Positions 43,200 through 55,620 of a stretch of 64,000 bases of DNA are shown here, piece after piece. Positions within the stretch are counted from its first letter, which is position 1. Every line of letters begins with the position of its first letter. The stretch comes from the human T2T-CHM13v2.0 reference genome, Homo sapiens. Position numbers and translations under genes: made by a program. Location: NCBI RefSeq assembly GCF_009914755.1, contig NC_060937.1; one strand, given 5' to 3'. The notes under the pieces are model-generated. The model searched no databases. It was given only the letters and a program-made list of their open reading frames with translations, and had not been told where the DNA came from.

Positions 43200-45099
43200 T
43201 CATCTCCTATTTGAATTTGTCTGTTTGCCACTATAACCGTTAAATAAAATACTTTTTATTTATTTATTTGAATTCATTATTTGTCTTAGGAGTCACAGTT
43301 CTTGAGTACATTGTAATTTTCTTTATTTTTATCCAGAAATAATTTAATTTATTTGGAATGTAGTGTGTATGGATACTCAAAAAGTGATTACTAAAAACAG
43401 AAATGATAATGGAAATTATGAATGGATCTCATGCTGAGTTAACTGCTATGTGGGAATCAGCTACCTAGGTGGAAAATACTGGTTTCTGCAAGGCACTACA
43501 GTGAGAGTTTATTCTCTTTTCTCTTTTTCCTCTTTCTTTTCTGTTACCTTCTTATTCTTCTTCACTTACTCATGACTTGGAGTAATTAGTTGATTTCAGT
43601 TACAAGACATGCTGGCAACCATATAGGACTTTACTAACTGATGGATCAGGCATAATAAAAACAATTTACTAACATTTTACTGTAGCTAAAGTATTCACAC
43701 TAAAGACATTCTAGTTTCTTTGATTGTTGTGTTTGTAATTTCAAATATGTTTCTGATTCTAGCTACATGATTATAACAAATATATATCTATAAGTATAGT
43801 TTATGTTGGTCAAATATATATGACTATTCTACTTAACTATGATTAACATATTAGAAAATCATCAATTATTTTCAAATCAGATAAAAAAATTCTAATTTTT
43901 GTTCCATAAATCTGTATAGATTAAACTTGAATCTATACCTAAATTCATAAAATTTAAGCAATTCTGGTAATTTCCTTTAATAATAGAATGTAAATAGTCC
44001 AAAATGTATTAACAAAATGGACAGAATTTCTAACTGTTGGGTATTTTAGAAAAAGGTATGCTATGCCTGAAAAAGTTCATCTCTTTATATCCGAAATATT
44101 CTATGCTACAGATGGACTTCATACCCCAAATATTCCATACTACAAGTTTGACTAAACTCAGAAAATTAAAACATATATTAGTTTTCAAATTACAGGAACT
44201 TTTCTAAACTGTTGCTCTTTTTGATTTTTTATAGTTTATATCCAAAAATTGTGTATGTTTATAACGATTACTCACTACAATATTGTTGTAGGTGTAATTA
44301 CAACTCTTGACTTCCTTTTACCAAAAAAATGTTCACTCCCTTGACTCCCCCTGAAAATACTACTTTCACTTGTTGGCAGTGAAAATCAGTAGACTATCAT
44401 AAAGTATTATTATTGTTAAATTTTTATATTTATTAACACTTATCTGTACCCAAAGTCTTATTTTCTTTGGATTTGAAAACTTTCTTTTTATAAGATAGAA
44501 CAAAAAGTTAATTTTCATATCTAACTTTTGGATTTGCTGAAAAATCAGATTCTTTTAATAAGAAATTTACATATAATAATAAAGCTTTAAAACTTCCATT
44601 GCAACTAATTTTGAAAGGTCATCAATGAGGAATAAGCAATAAAAAATATAATGCATAGGTTTAGTAAATATATAATGCAATATGAAGTAGCTTACTTGTT
44701 GATTATGTATTAGTGTAATATATTTCTTCCTGTGTAGTGAAACAAGAGGAAGATAATGGAGAAAAATTAAATGAAAACAAAATTTTCTATTTGTAAGTAC
44801 CTAGAATAGATTCCAAATTTTATGCATATTTGCGCTTCAAAGTCTCAGGTTTTATTTAAATACCCAGCATTTTGTAGTCATGACGTTCATTGAAAATAAG
44901 CATTGTCCTCCAGTACAATATGTTACAAATATGTATTACATTTCTAATATTGCCCAGGCACTGTGACTGTAACCATAAAGAAGCCTAGCATTTGTCTCTA
45001 TTCTAGAATATACAGCCATACTTCTCAAATGGTAGTTTACATGCAGATGCCTTGTGGATTTCTACATACATGATTTCTAATAATTCTGTAAATAATCTG

Positions 45100-46000
45100 T
45101 TTCTACTTTGCTGTGGGAAAAATGGATCAGAAGTGAAGTACGTCAAGGTCACTTAGTAAGTAATGAAGCCAGGACTCAGAAGCAATGCCTTCTGTCTCCA
45201 AAAAACTAAGAATGTGTCGAAAAGTTTATATAAGAAAAGGCAACTGTGAGGCCTCTCATGCAAATGAAAAGGGAGGTTGTGAGAATTAAAATGAGGGAAG
45301 ATGCACTAGCCTGGAGATTATAAAAATATTATAGAAGAGGAGGTATACTCAAGTGTTTGAAAAATAAGTTAAAAATTTTAACAGGGAAATGTGGGGATTG
45401 TCTGATGTGTAGCAGCAACCAAGGCATGGAAGCCAGAAATCCAAGTGACATTCCTGAGAGTAGGAAGCAGTCCTTTTTAACATTAGGATTAGTTAAGTGG
45501 CATAATTTGCAGAGCATTCTGGAAAATCAAATCATTGTTCATAAATAAACTGCCTTAAAGAAATGTTGACGAATTTCTAGGCAATAAGAAAGCAATTAAA
45601 CGTTTGAGCAGAGTTCTGTCATAATGAAAATTTTTTAAAGAAAAATAAATCATAGAGGAGGGTTCACTGGTTAAAAAGGAGAATCACTGGAAAAGGAAGA
45701 TTTCTTGGGGAGGCATTTCAGTAACCCAGATTAAACAGTGAGAGGAAAAGAGTGACAGAAGAATAGGAAATGAGGAGGCAGTTACCAACAATAATATATA
45801 GAAAGAATTGTCAGGTTTGGACAATAGAGTGAATTCACTTGAACTTAATTCTACAAACACAGGTTTTCTTTGGTTTGGTTTTGTTATCGTTGTTGCTATT
45901 TTTTGGTTTCTCTAGTATCCCCAGTGCTCAGACCAGTATCTGGCACAAAGAAAGCAATCAGAAAATATTTTTAAAGTAATAAATAAATGCAGTGGATGAA
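45100..46000. mobile_element. Degenerate MIR and L2 fragments
   Basis: CAAGGTCACTTAGTAAGTAATGAAGCCAGGACTC (MIR-like); GTATCCCCAGTGCTCAGACCAGTATCTGGCACA (L2 3' end-like). Confidence 0.45.
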
Positions 46001-48357
46001 GAAGAAAAACTAGCCAAATATAAATAAACTTGCATGACAATGTTTGATATAGGTTATGAGGTGTTTTGAAAACATATTTTTATCATTTCATGTTTTGGTA
46101 TCAGTAATATTTCTCTCATCATTCCGGTTCGCTGGTTAGCTTTTCAAATGCTTTGCATCTTTCTGGGTATATATGACTCTGCCAACAATAGAAAATGGAG
46201 AATGGCAAATATTCATCTGTTGTTTTTTGTAGTTTTTACATAATTACATAAAATATTTCATTACCGTTAAGAGCAGATTAGCACAGTGGATTTTTTAAAT
46301 AACGTTTGTGTATGCCTGTGGCTTTCACAAGTTGTGAAAAACACATGATTTTTGCATGTCCTTTCCTAAGGATAGAAAATAGCAGACTAAAAAAATAAGT
46401 ATTTTCCAATAAGTAGGAACTGAGCATCTTCCACTTGAGTACCACTTTGATTAAACTACACTGTTGCTTTTTTCTGGGTGTGTGTGTGTTCTTATAGAAA
46501 ATGCATATTTTCCTACATGAAGTAATTAATTATTCGAATCTCCCACTCCTCTAGTTGTTTAAGTCTGAGGAGGATTCCCAATTTTGAAATAGGGGAAATT
46601 ATTTCTAAATTTCTCTAAGGCTGTCAAACATTTTATCATACTACTTTGAGTTAGCTCTATTCCTTTGGCGTTCTTTTGAGACACTTAAGGATTTAATATT
46701 TTATTCCATAGAAGAGTCCTGGTAACATAATCCACGCTTGTCTAGTGACATAATACACTTCTGGCATCAAACTTTCAAAAACTAATTTCATTGAGCATAT
46801 TTTCTTGCCTAGGCCAGATGGATTCTTAGTTCAACTGCTCCTTTACCTAAAGTGGAGACGGACACACAAATGGTGTAATTTGTTCATAGTGCTGGCGGTG
46901 AGATTTTTTGTGCGGGGTGCTCTTTTGCATATCTATAACCCTGAAGTGTTTCTTAATCTCTTCTGCAATTTGTGTGTTACAAATGAAATGAGTAAGATCA
47001 CGATTCAGCACCTGGAAATGAAGCTATCTCTGCGAGGACTTTTATGATTTCTTGTAGAAGATAGTCTTTAAGAGCTGTGCTCTGTCCTGCTGGCCCCATT
47101 TAACTCCTCACTTGCAGCATAGGTACATATGTGACATTTCCTTTTAAAGTGCATGTATAGAGGTGCCCCCTAGGCACTCATCCTGAGAGAGGAAGCAAAC
47201 TGTAAAATGGGACGTAAGTTTTCCTGCCTTTTATTTGAATCTCAAGCTGAGGAAGAAAAGTCAACAAACTATGAGATGTGCAGAAATGTTTAGATTCTGA
47301 ATTCCTTGAATATGTACCTAAAATATGCACCACAATGTAAGTACCATCATAGTTTTTTGAGAAATAAAATAATTATGAGACAAAATTTTTTTTAGTTTCA
47401 ACCGAAGCAATTTAAGGCTTACTGCATGCACTGAAGAAAATTCAGAAATCCAGGAGAGGCATATGTTTAACTAGCCACCTCCAGTTAAGGTTACCTTGTT
47501 CTTTGGTTATAAGCCATATGCTTCATGTCTCTTCTCCTTTCTCTTCTGTGGCTCACTCCTTTTGCTGGATGTCTACATTGTCTATGAACATGCTCACATA
47601 CCTTTCATGTGAATGAAAAAGCTTTATTTTATCTTATTATTCCTCTAGCTATTATGCCTCTTTCCTTCTTTCTCTTCTACTTAATCCATTTTTAAATCAT
47701 GATCTACCATTAACTTCTTAAATCATGTCAATTGATATTTTATTTTCCACAACCCATGTTAACTGTATTTATGATTCCACAACTGTTTTGACACTATCCA
47801 GCTAATGTCACCAGTAATTAGCTATTTTAACCCAATAAATATATTTTTCTTTAGTGGACATCTCTGCTGCATTTGACACAGTTAACTGCCCCTGTATTTC
47901 ATGCACCTCTATCTCTGGTTAGCTTCCACCTACCTATATGATTCATCTTGTACTCCAGATGTCCCAATTCATTCTCCTAATCTTTCTTTCTCTCCAGTGT
48001 TTTTATTTGAAAACTTTGATATGCTTTTAAGTCATCTAGGGAGCTTATTAAAAATAGAGATGGTTTGGAGACTCTCCTGAGCCCTCTACCTTCATTCAGG
48101 TTCTGCTGGTCTGCAGATTTTGCCATGTGAAAGATTTTGTCTTACTTACCATTTCTGGTATATTTAGACCACTACTTCTGAAAACTTAAAAGAAGACAGG
48201 TTAAATATAACCTACTTTGATTACATAGTGTAGTTTACCCTTCCGGTTACATTTCTCTTTCCCCATATATTGCTATTTTATGTTGTAGATATTTCTCAAC
48301 TCATTCTCTCCTATCCCTGCCTACTAATAGTAATTAAATTTAGGCCATCCATTTGTC

Positions 48358-49586
48358 TGTTTGTTTAATAGTGGTAAATATATATATAACATAAAATTTG
48401 CAATTTTCACCATTTTTAAGTATACAGCTCGGTGGGCATTAAGTATAATCACATTGTTATGCACCCATCACCTCCATCCATCTCCAGGACATTTTTCATC
48501 TTCTCAAACAGAAATCCCATACATATTTGACAATAACTCCCTATTCCCACTCCCTCCAGCCTGTGGAAACAACCATTCTACTTTCTGTTTATGAATTTGA
48601 CTACCCCAGATACCATACATAGATAGAATCATATAGTCTCTATCCTTTTGTTACTGGCTTATTTCACTTAGGATAATCTCTTCAAGGTTCATCCATGCTG
48701 TAATATGCATTAAATTTCTTTTCATTTTTTAAGCTAATTGATATTCAGTCGTCTGTATATAACACATTTTGTTTACCCATCCAGCTGGCAACGAACGCTT
48801 GGCTTGCTTCCACCTTTTGACTACAATGAATAATGTTGCTGTGAACATGAGTGTACAAACATATCTTTGAGTCAATACTTCCAATTCTTTTGAGTATGCA
48901 CCAAGAAGTGGAATTGCTGTATCATATGTTCATCCTATTTTTAATTACTTTGAGTTAATTTTCACATGGTTTTCCTTAATAGCCACACCATTTTACATTT
49001 CTGGCAGCAATGCACAAGAGCATCAATTTTTCCACATCTTCACCAACACTAGTTATTTTTAGCTTTTTTAATATACTAGTCACCTTAATGTGTGTGGGAT
49101 GATATCTCATTGTGGTTTTGATTTGCTTTCCTTCATGATTACCGATGAACATCTTTTCAGTGTGCTCCTTGTTCATGTGTGCGTTTTTTGGTGAAATATC
49201 TATTCACGACCTTTTCTGATTTTTAAAAATTAGGTTGTTTATATTTTTTATTGTTGAGTTGTAGAAGTTCTTTATATATTCTGAACATTAATCCCTTGTT
49301 AGAGATCAACATGATCTGTAAATGTTTTTCTTATTCTATATGTTGCCTTTTCACTCCACTGATAGTGTCCTGTGATGCACAAAAGTTTTAAATTTTTATG
49401 TAGTCAGTTTATCTATTTTTCTTCTTGCTGTTGCCTGTTCATCTGGTATTATATCCAAGAAAGCACTGCTAAATCCAATGCCATAAAGTTTTCCTCTGGG
49501 TTTTCTTCTGAGTTTTATAGGTGTAGCTCTTACATTTATTTCTTTGATTCATTTCGAGTTTCTATAAGGTAAGGGTTCAACTTCAT
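48358..49586 (-). mobile_element. Old LINE-1 (L1MB-like) 3' fragment
   Basis: L1M 3' UTR motifs (ACCATTTTTAAGTATACAG, TGGCTTATTTCACTTAG, AGAAGTGGAATTGCTG) and decayed ORF2 peptide QIKTTMRYHPT on the minus strand. Confidence 0.88.
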
Positions 49587-49589
49587 CAA

Positions 49590-50115
49590 CATTTTCTAAC
49601 TTCATTCATTCTTCCACACTTTTACCAGAGTTGTAAAATCTGATCATGGCATTTTCTTGTTTAAAAACCCTGATATATCCCTTTTTCCTATAGAATTAGG
49701 CTAAGGTCTATAAGACAGAAAATATTATTTTCAATGTTAAGGCACTTGCCTCACTCTTCACACTTTCACATAACACTAACATATAGTATGCTATTTATGG
49801 CCTTACTGACTTTGCTGATATTGCCCCTTCCCCTAGAATGCCATCTTTCTCCTTCAAATTATACTTAAGGCAGAAAGTCCTTCTCTTTAGCTCTTTAAAC
49901 ACTATACTCAAATAAGGGTCATTTCATGTGCACCACTAAATCTGATGCTTTTCTCTAAATATGACCTTCCCAGTAGTTTGTTGTTGTTTTTTTTTTTTTT
50001 TAAATAATGTATGTCTGTCACTTTTCCATGTTAGACCATGAGCTTCCTAGGGAGGGGATTGTGTTTTATTCACCTTTATATCACCCATAATGTTAGGTTT
50101 AATATTCAATTTGTG
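49590..50115 (+). mobile_element. L2 fragments (probably continuing about 47560-48350, interrupted by the L1M)
   Basis: AAATCTGATCATG...TGTTTAAAAACCCT; CCTTCCCCTAGAATGCC; TAGACCATGAGCTTCCTAGGGAGGGGATTGTGTTTTATTCACCTTTATATC. Confidence 0.55.
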
Positions 50116-51519
50116 ATTAAGTGGAAACTTGAGAAGCATGTAGGTTTTGAGATACGTTGGGGTGAAGGAGGTAAAAACTGGGGGTAATGGAAGATCTATC
50201 AGCAAGGGAAATGTAGAAATCTCTCAGAATGAGAAAAGTTCAAGGGTAAAGCCCACATTTGAGAGTACTTCAATTCCTGTGAGTGAGGAATCTGGATAAA
50301 GGCAAGATAATGGGTACATAAGTGGGATGAGAGAAGATTTGAAGAAGTTCACCTGACTTTGGAGGTCAAGAACATCTAGGAAAATAGTGTTTCTTTCTAG
50401 GCTAAATGTCATGTTGAAAAATTGTTCAAAAAGAGGCATAGTTACCTCCCACTTAGGAAACAAAAATCGCTGTCAGCAGCAGTTGATCAGCAGCTGCAGC
50501 CATAGACACATTCCCTATAAGAAAATGGAATTATAACCACAGACAGAAAGTAAGTTGTGACTCAGCCTTTAAAAGTACCTGGAAGAGAGGACACACTGCC
50601 ATTTAACTACTCACAATACATTTGGGTTGGAGCCCATTCCTTATTATAAGATAGACATCAGAATGAAAGTACCAGGAGAAACGGCACACAATGAGCGAGA
50701 TTCTTGTTTTTCTGGGCGACTTAATCTGGTACTAAAATCAGATTACAGTTCTTTTTAAAAAACCTTCATTTTCTGGAAACTCTGAACTATGTATTCTGCT
50801 GATAAACTAATTACAGCATAATGCCACAATGCAAATTATATTTGTCAGTATCCCGTGTTTTATTACTTATCAAATCTTATAAAAACTTCAAGAAACGCCA
50901 CGCTTAATTAAACTACCTCTTTTCTATTTGGCTTCTGACTTGTAACATCCTGAGATATTTATGCTAATCTATCATTACTCTTCTAAATACATAAAACCAT
51001 TACATTGATATTTCTAACATTAGCAGTAATACTCATAATAATAACAGAATAGCTGCATGTTCCTTAATTTACTTTAATGCTTTTAATCTGCAGTATTTAC
51101 TTAATGAAAAGTATGTATTTAGTTTTTCTAAAAATTTCTAATGGTTTTAAGAATTTTAAGGATTTTTAAAGATTGCTCCCACATTCATATCTTTTTTCCC
51201 TGTGGAAGCTATTTGGCTCATGCAATGTGTCAAGCAATGTATTTGAGATTGGAAAAAGAAATTAGTAGCCATCTGAAATCCTGGAAACCTTGTCTAACAC
51301 CACTATGGTAGATATAAGCAGAAAAAAGCTTCCCCCTGCCTTTTTTTTTTTAATTGAAAACATGGGACCTTAATCTAGTGGGGGTAAAGGAAGAAAATGA
51401 GGGAAGCCAGCAAAGCAAACTTCATGGAATAGCTGCCTTCTGAGCTTTATTTTGAGTAAATAGTACATTCTACTGGTATAGAGTTTTTGGAGGAATTTTA
51501 TGCTTTCTGTGCCCTTAAT

Positions 51520-51795
51520 TTCTTCCTTCCTTGCTTGCTTCCTTTCTTTTTCTTTAGTTTTTTTCTCTCTCTTTTTTATCTTCCTCCCTTCCTCTCTTCC
51601 TCCTCCCTTCCCCCACTCCTTCCTTTTTATTCTTTGTCTCATTTTCTTTCTTTTCTCCCTTTCTCTTTTCCTACCTCCCTCACTCTTTCTTTCTCTCTCT
51701 TTTCTTTCTCTTTCTTTCTTGCCTGCTTACTTTCTCCCTCCTTTCCCTTCCTTTCTCCTCCCTTCCTTCCTTCCTTCCGTCCTTCCTTTCTTCTG
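51520..51795 (+). repeat. CT-rich low-complexity polypyrimidine tract
   Basis: About 270 bp of almost pure C/T (TTCC and TTTC units). Confidence 0.93.
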
Positions 51796-52164
51796 TCATT
51801 CTCACATTTGTAAACATCACTGATATTATCTTAGTCTTTTTATTTCCAGGCTGAAAATCTTATAATCATGTTAGTGTCTTCTCACCAAGTACTAAACTAT
51901 CAGTAACATGGTCTGCAGTTGGATTAACATGATCTGAATTTTCATATTGAGTGACTTCCAACCTACTGGAGAAATGTTTTTATTAATATATTAATTATGT
52001 TATAGCATTGACTCTTTTACTTCAGCTTCCATGAGATACATCACACGATTTCATATGAGCTAAATGATTTTGGCATAAGGGTCAATTGCTTCTGTTCATT
52101 ATGCTTAGCATAGAAGCTGAAAGAGGAGACTAAATTCTATGGCTGAATTAATATATCAATATTT

Positions 52165-52450
52165 CCCCAGTAGACTGTGAGCAATTCAAAGAACGGACCT
52201 TGTCTTTTTCACCTTTTATAACCTTTAATGTGTAGCATGACATGGTGAGAACTCAATAACGCTAATAATAGCTAACAATAATCTGCAATGCCTGGAATAC
52301 ACATATTTTAGATTCTTAAAAGACATCTTTAACTTTTTACCAAGAATTTCTATTTGACTTTAAGTAAGTAAGCTGTTTTATCTATCCTAATGTCGCATAG
52401 CTAAAGAGTGGTAGAACTGATATTGAACATGCATTTCTCTCATTCAAGTG
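52165..52450. mobile_element. L2 3' end followed by a MIR fragment
   Basis: CCCCAGTAGACTGTGAGC...GACCTTGTCTTTTTCACC...CTCAATAA, then AATAATAGCTAACA... Confidence 0.5.
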
Positions 52451-54939
52451 TCTTTAAATTTTCCAGCAAGCCAAGTTCCTGTCATGCTGGTCTCTTTCTT
52501 CTTCTGCATATAGTCTATGCCCACCCTGATTTCTATACTTTCAACTCAGATTGGTCTTTGATTTTGAATTGGCTCTCTCCTCATCCCAAGTCTTCAGAGC
52601 CTTGTAATTTTTAAGGGTTCCTACCTCCTTGATATTTGTCCCAGCTACTTCAGCCTTTCTTAAAAGATGAAGAGACTTGAGAATGAAGGTGATAGGGCTA
52701 GGAATGCAAATGCTCATGACTGGTCTGGGAGCCTGAGTCCTACATGGCAGCTCCTTTCAGAAACCACAGTGCACAGGCTGTGTGCCAGGCTTGCTGTGTG
52801 GAGGGTGTCTCTTCCCTGTGAGGCTTGGTAGGTGAGGGCTTTGTAATTGCCCTTTGTAATTGTCAGAACTAAAAAACAGACTCCTTGTTTCATATACACA
52901 CCCCACTAATAGTCAAGACACTGTGGAGATTCAGTGTTAGCACTATAGGAGAACGTAGTTGCCACTTTGCTTTAGAAACTTCTCCAAATAGAACTGTAGA
53001 AGTGTAGGTTAAGTCTTAATACTTACAGGTAAAAAAAAAAAAAAAAAACAAAGTTGGAAAGTTGGGAGGAGCAACTAAATAGAGAGCTAAAAACACCAAG
53101 TGGCTCTAAGTTGCATATATTTGTGTTCTTGGATGAAGAGGTCTCTTTTTTAGAGCTCGGAGAAATGTAAGACTTTCAGTATTTACCACACATTGCCCCC
53201 AATTATTGAGGAAAAGATAATAAGGAGGAGAAGGAAAAAGGAACACTACAAGAGGATTTGAAAATGAATTAGGAAAGCTACTCAGTGGTAATATAAAGGT
53301 AATGTAATAAATTTTTTTTATCATAAGAGAAAACAGAAAGAGTCATGCCATACTATATTAGATAGGTTTATTTCAAAGGCAGGTGATAGAAAGTTTGAAA
53401 AGGCTTCTGTACCGACAAAAATACATTTCAGGTGAGTGCCCCTGAATGTCAGAAAGGTAGTGTAGAATTGTTTTCTTTCCTTTGATAATAACTTTATGGG
53501 TCCAGGGGAAATTCATTAAACAACAGGTTCAATTGTTTATGTCACGCTCAGGCTCTTGGCCACTTTGTAGTTGAGTGATAGTTGGAGAATCATTCTTCCA
53601 GGCATAATAATCTCACAGAATGAGAATAGTTGTAAATGCTTATTATATATATGTGTGTTTGATTATGTATCCCGATTCCAGTACCTCCACAGATGGGATC
53701 ACTAAAACAGGGAGCAAGAGAGCTTTTGGCTCCTCCTGGGGATGTGGACCCTAAAGGGGGAGGAGTCAACAAAGCTGCCGGGACATCCTTTGAGGCAAGC
53801 CAGTGCACTTTTAAATGATAGCTCTGTTCTGAGGGAATAGGGCCATGGAAAAGTCTGCAACAACCAATGATATTCTATCCCACTTTAAAGGACACTGCCA
53901 CCAGCATATGTGACATAGGTGAGTGAGGATGGATTTGGGAACATGTGTATCTTCCCTGGGGAATCTTTACTGGTAGATGTTACTAAGTTACAGAGAAAAG
54001 GCAATCAGAAATGCAATGAGCTTGAGGGATTTTTCAAAATAATATTTCCACAGAAAATCAGGAATTTTAAAATATGAATTAGTTTTCTTATTATATTTAT
54101 AATAATCAGAACAATACATTAACATTATACTGACTTGCATATTACTACATAAACTTATTTAAAGCCATATTTTATGAGACTTAAATGGTTTTAAAAGATT
54201 AGAACACATATTTAGTTTGACAGTTGTTTCGTGCTGCAAGTGAATCTTTATGCAGTGGTCTGAAAAGCTATGATTCCAAAAAATTCAGTGTTAGATCAGC
54301 ATTACGAATAACTTCAAGAGATTAACACTGATATTTCATAGATTTATATACTTACACACCTTTAGCTATTGAGACTTTTGCCAAGAGTCTCAATCACGTT
54401 CTCCAGAAATGGATATCTGCCTGCTTCCAGCCACTCTTTATCTAAAAACATTGCAAGTAATATAATTCATCTTTTTTCTCTTTTGCTTTCTTTTTGTGCT
54501 CTATATTATGCAAAGTTAGTGTGCATAAGATATGATGTAAAATTATGAAACAGGATATATTATATATACATATATATATACAACTCAGTGGCTTCAAGCT
54601 TTTTGAATAATTTATTTCTGTAATATACAGAGAAATTTCAAAAGTGTAACATACAGAAAGGAGAGATGGAAAATTGTATGAGATTATGTTACGGAAATTA
54701 CAGAACTAATCAACACAAAAATTCCAGGAATTACTCTAAACCTGCGTAAAACAGGAGCAACAAATATACATTAATAAACTTCAAATTTGTGAATTACTTA
54801 AGTTTTAAATATAAAACACTGAAATAATAAAATAACAATAATTAGTCCTCTATTTTCCTAAGCATTGTTCCAATGACAAATAGCACACAAGAATGATAAA
54901 TTATATATAAATAAAAACACTGCTATATATCGGAGAATT

Positions 54940-55620
54940 GGTAAACTAAATTTAAAGACAGATTGAGAAATATTTGCTTGCATCAAAAAATTAAAAAGTA
55001 TGTTTCCTTGGTAGTAAAAAATTTTGCAAATCAGTGAAACAATGAGCATTTCTATAGCAAAATACAGACATTATATTAATAAGATATCCCTAAAGAAGAA
55101 TACATGAAAGCAACTTTAAATGTAATTGTTCAAATAAAGTAAAATAAATGATAAGGAGAGACTTTTTTTCTATTATAGCACCAGATATTAAAACAGACAA
55201 AACCTTTAATACACAATGTTGGATATTGTTCAGGTAAAGGCTCATGTTCACATGCAGGCATTGAGATATGAATATCAATACAGTACAAATAAAAAATGAA
55301 GTTGGCATATTTTTATATGCACAATTTTAATGACATATCGTAAAAGAAAAAATATGGAAAAAGTCTTAATGCTAAGGACCTTCTCATATTAATGTTACTC
55401 ATTGTAGCATAGAATTGCCATATGTTAATCAAATATAGGGTAATTCATATTGGCAATGTTAATCAAATATGGAGTAATTTGTTAAATGGCGGTATTTCAG
55501 AAGAAAAATTTTTAAATAATGTAGCAGATTGATGCTTTTTACATAAATAATTTTAACTTATTTTACATGTGTTTTGAGTTAAAATATATTGCAAAAAATT
55601 ATGATAATGTTTTATCTATA
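54940..55620 (+). mobile_element. Highly decayed L1M (ME-like) fragment
   Basis: AGACAGATTGAGAAATATTTGC...TTTTGCAAATCAGTGAAAC resembles the L1 ORF2 3' region. Confidence 0.4.

Noticed and set aside
51370-51823. Hydrophobic F/L/S/P and K/E/R-rich ORFs
   Set aside because: Artefacts of the CT-rich low-complexity tract
52690-53960. GC-richer patches possibly from old LTRs or a pseudogene
   Set aside because: No family or protein similarity recognisable by eye; needs a Dfam/BLAST search
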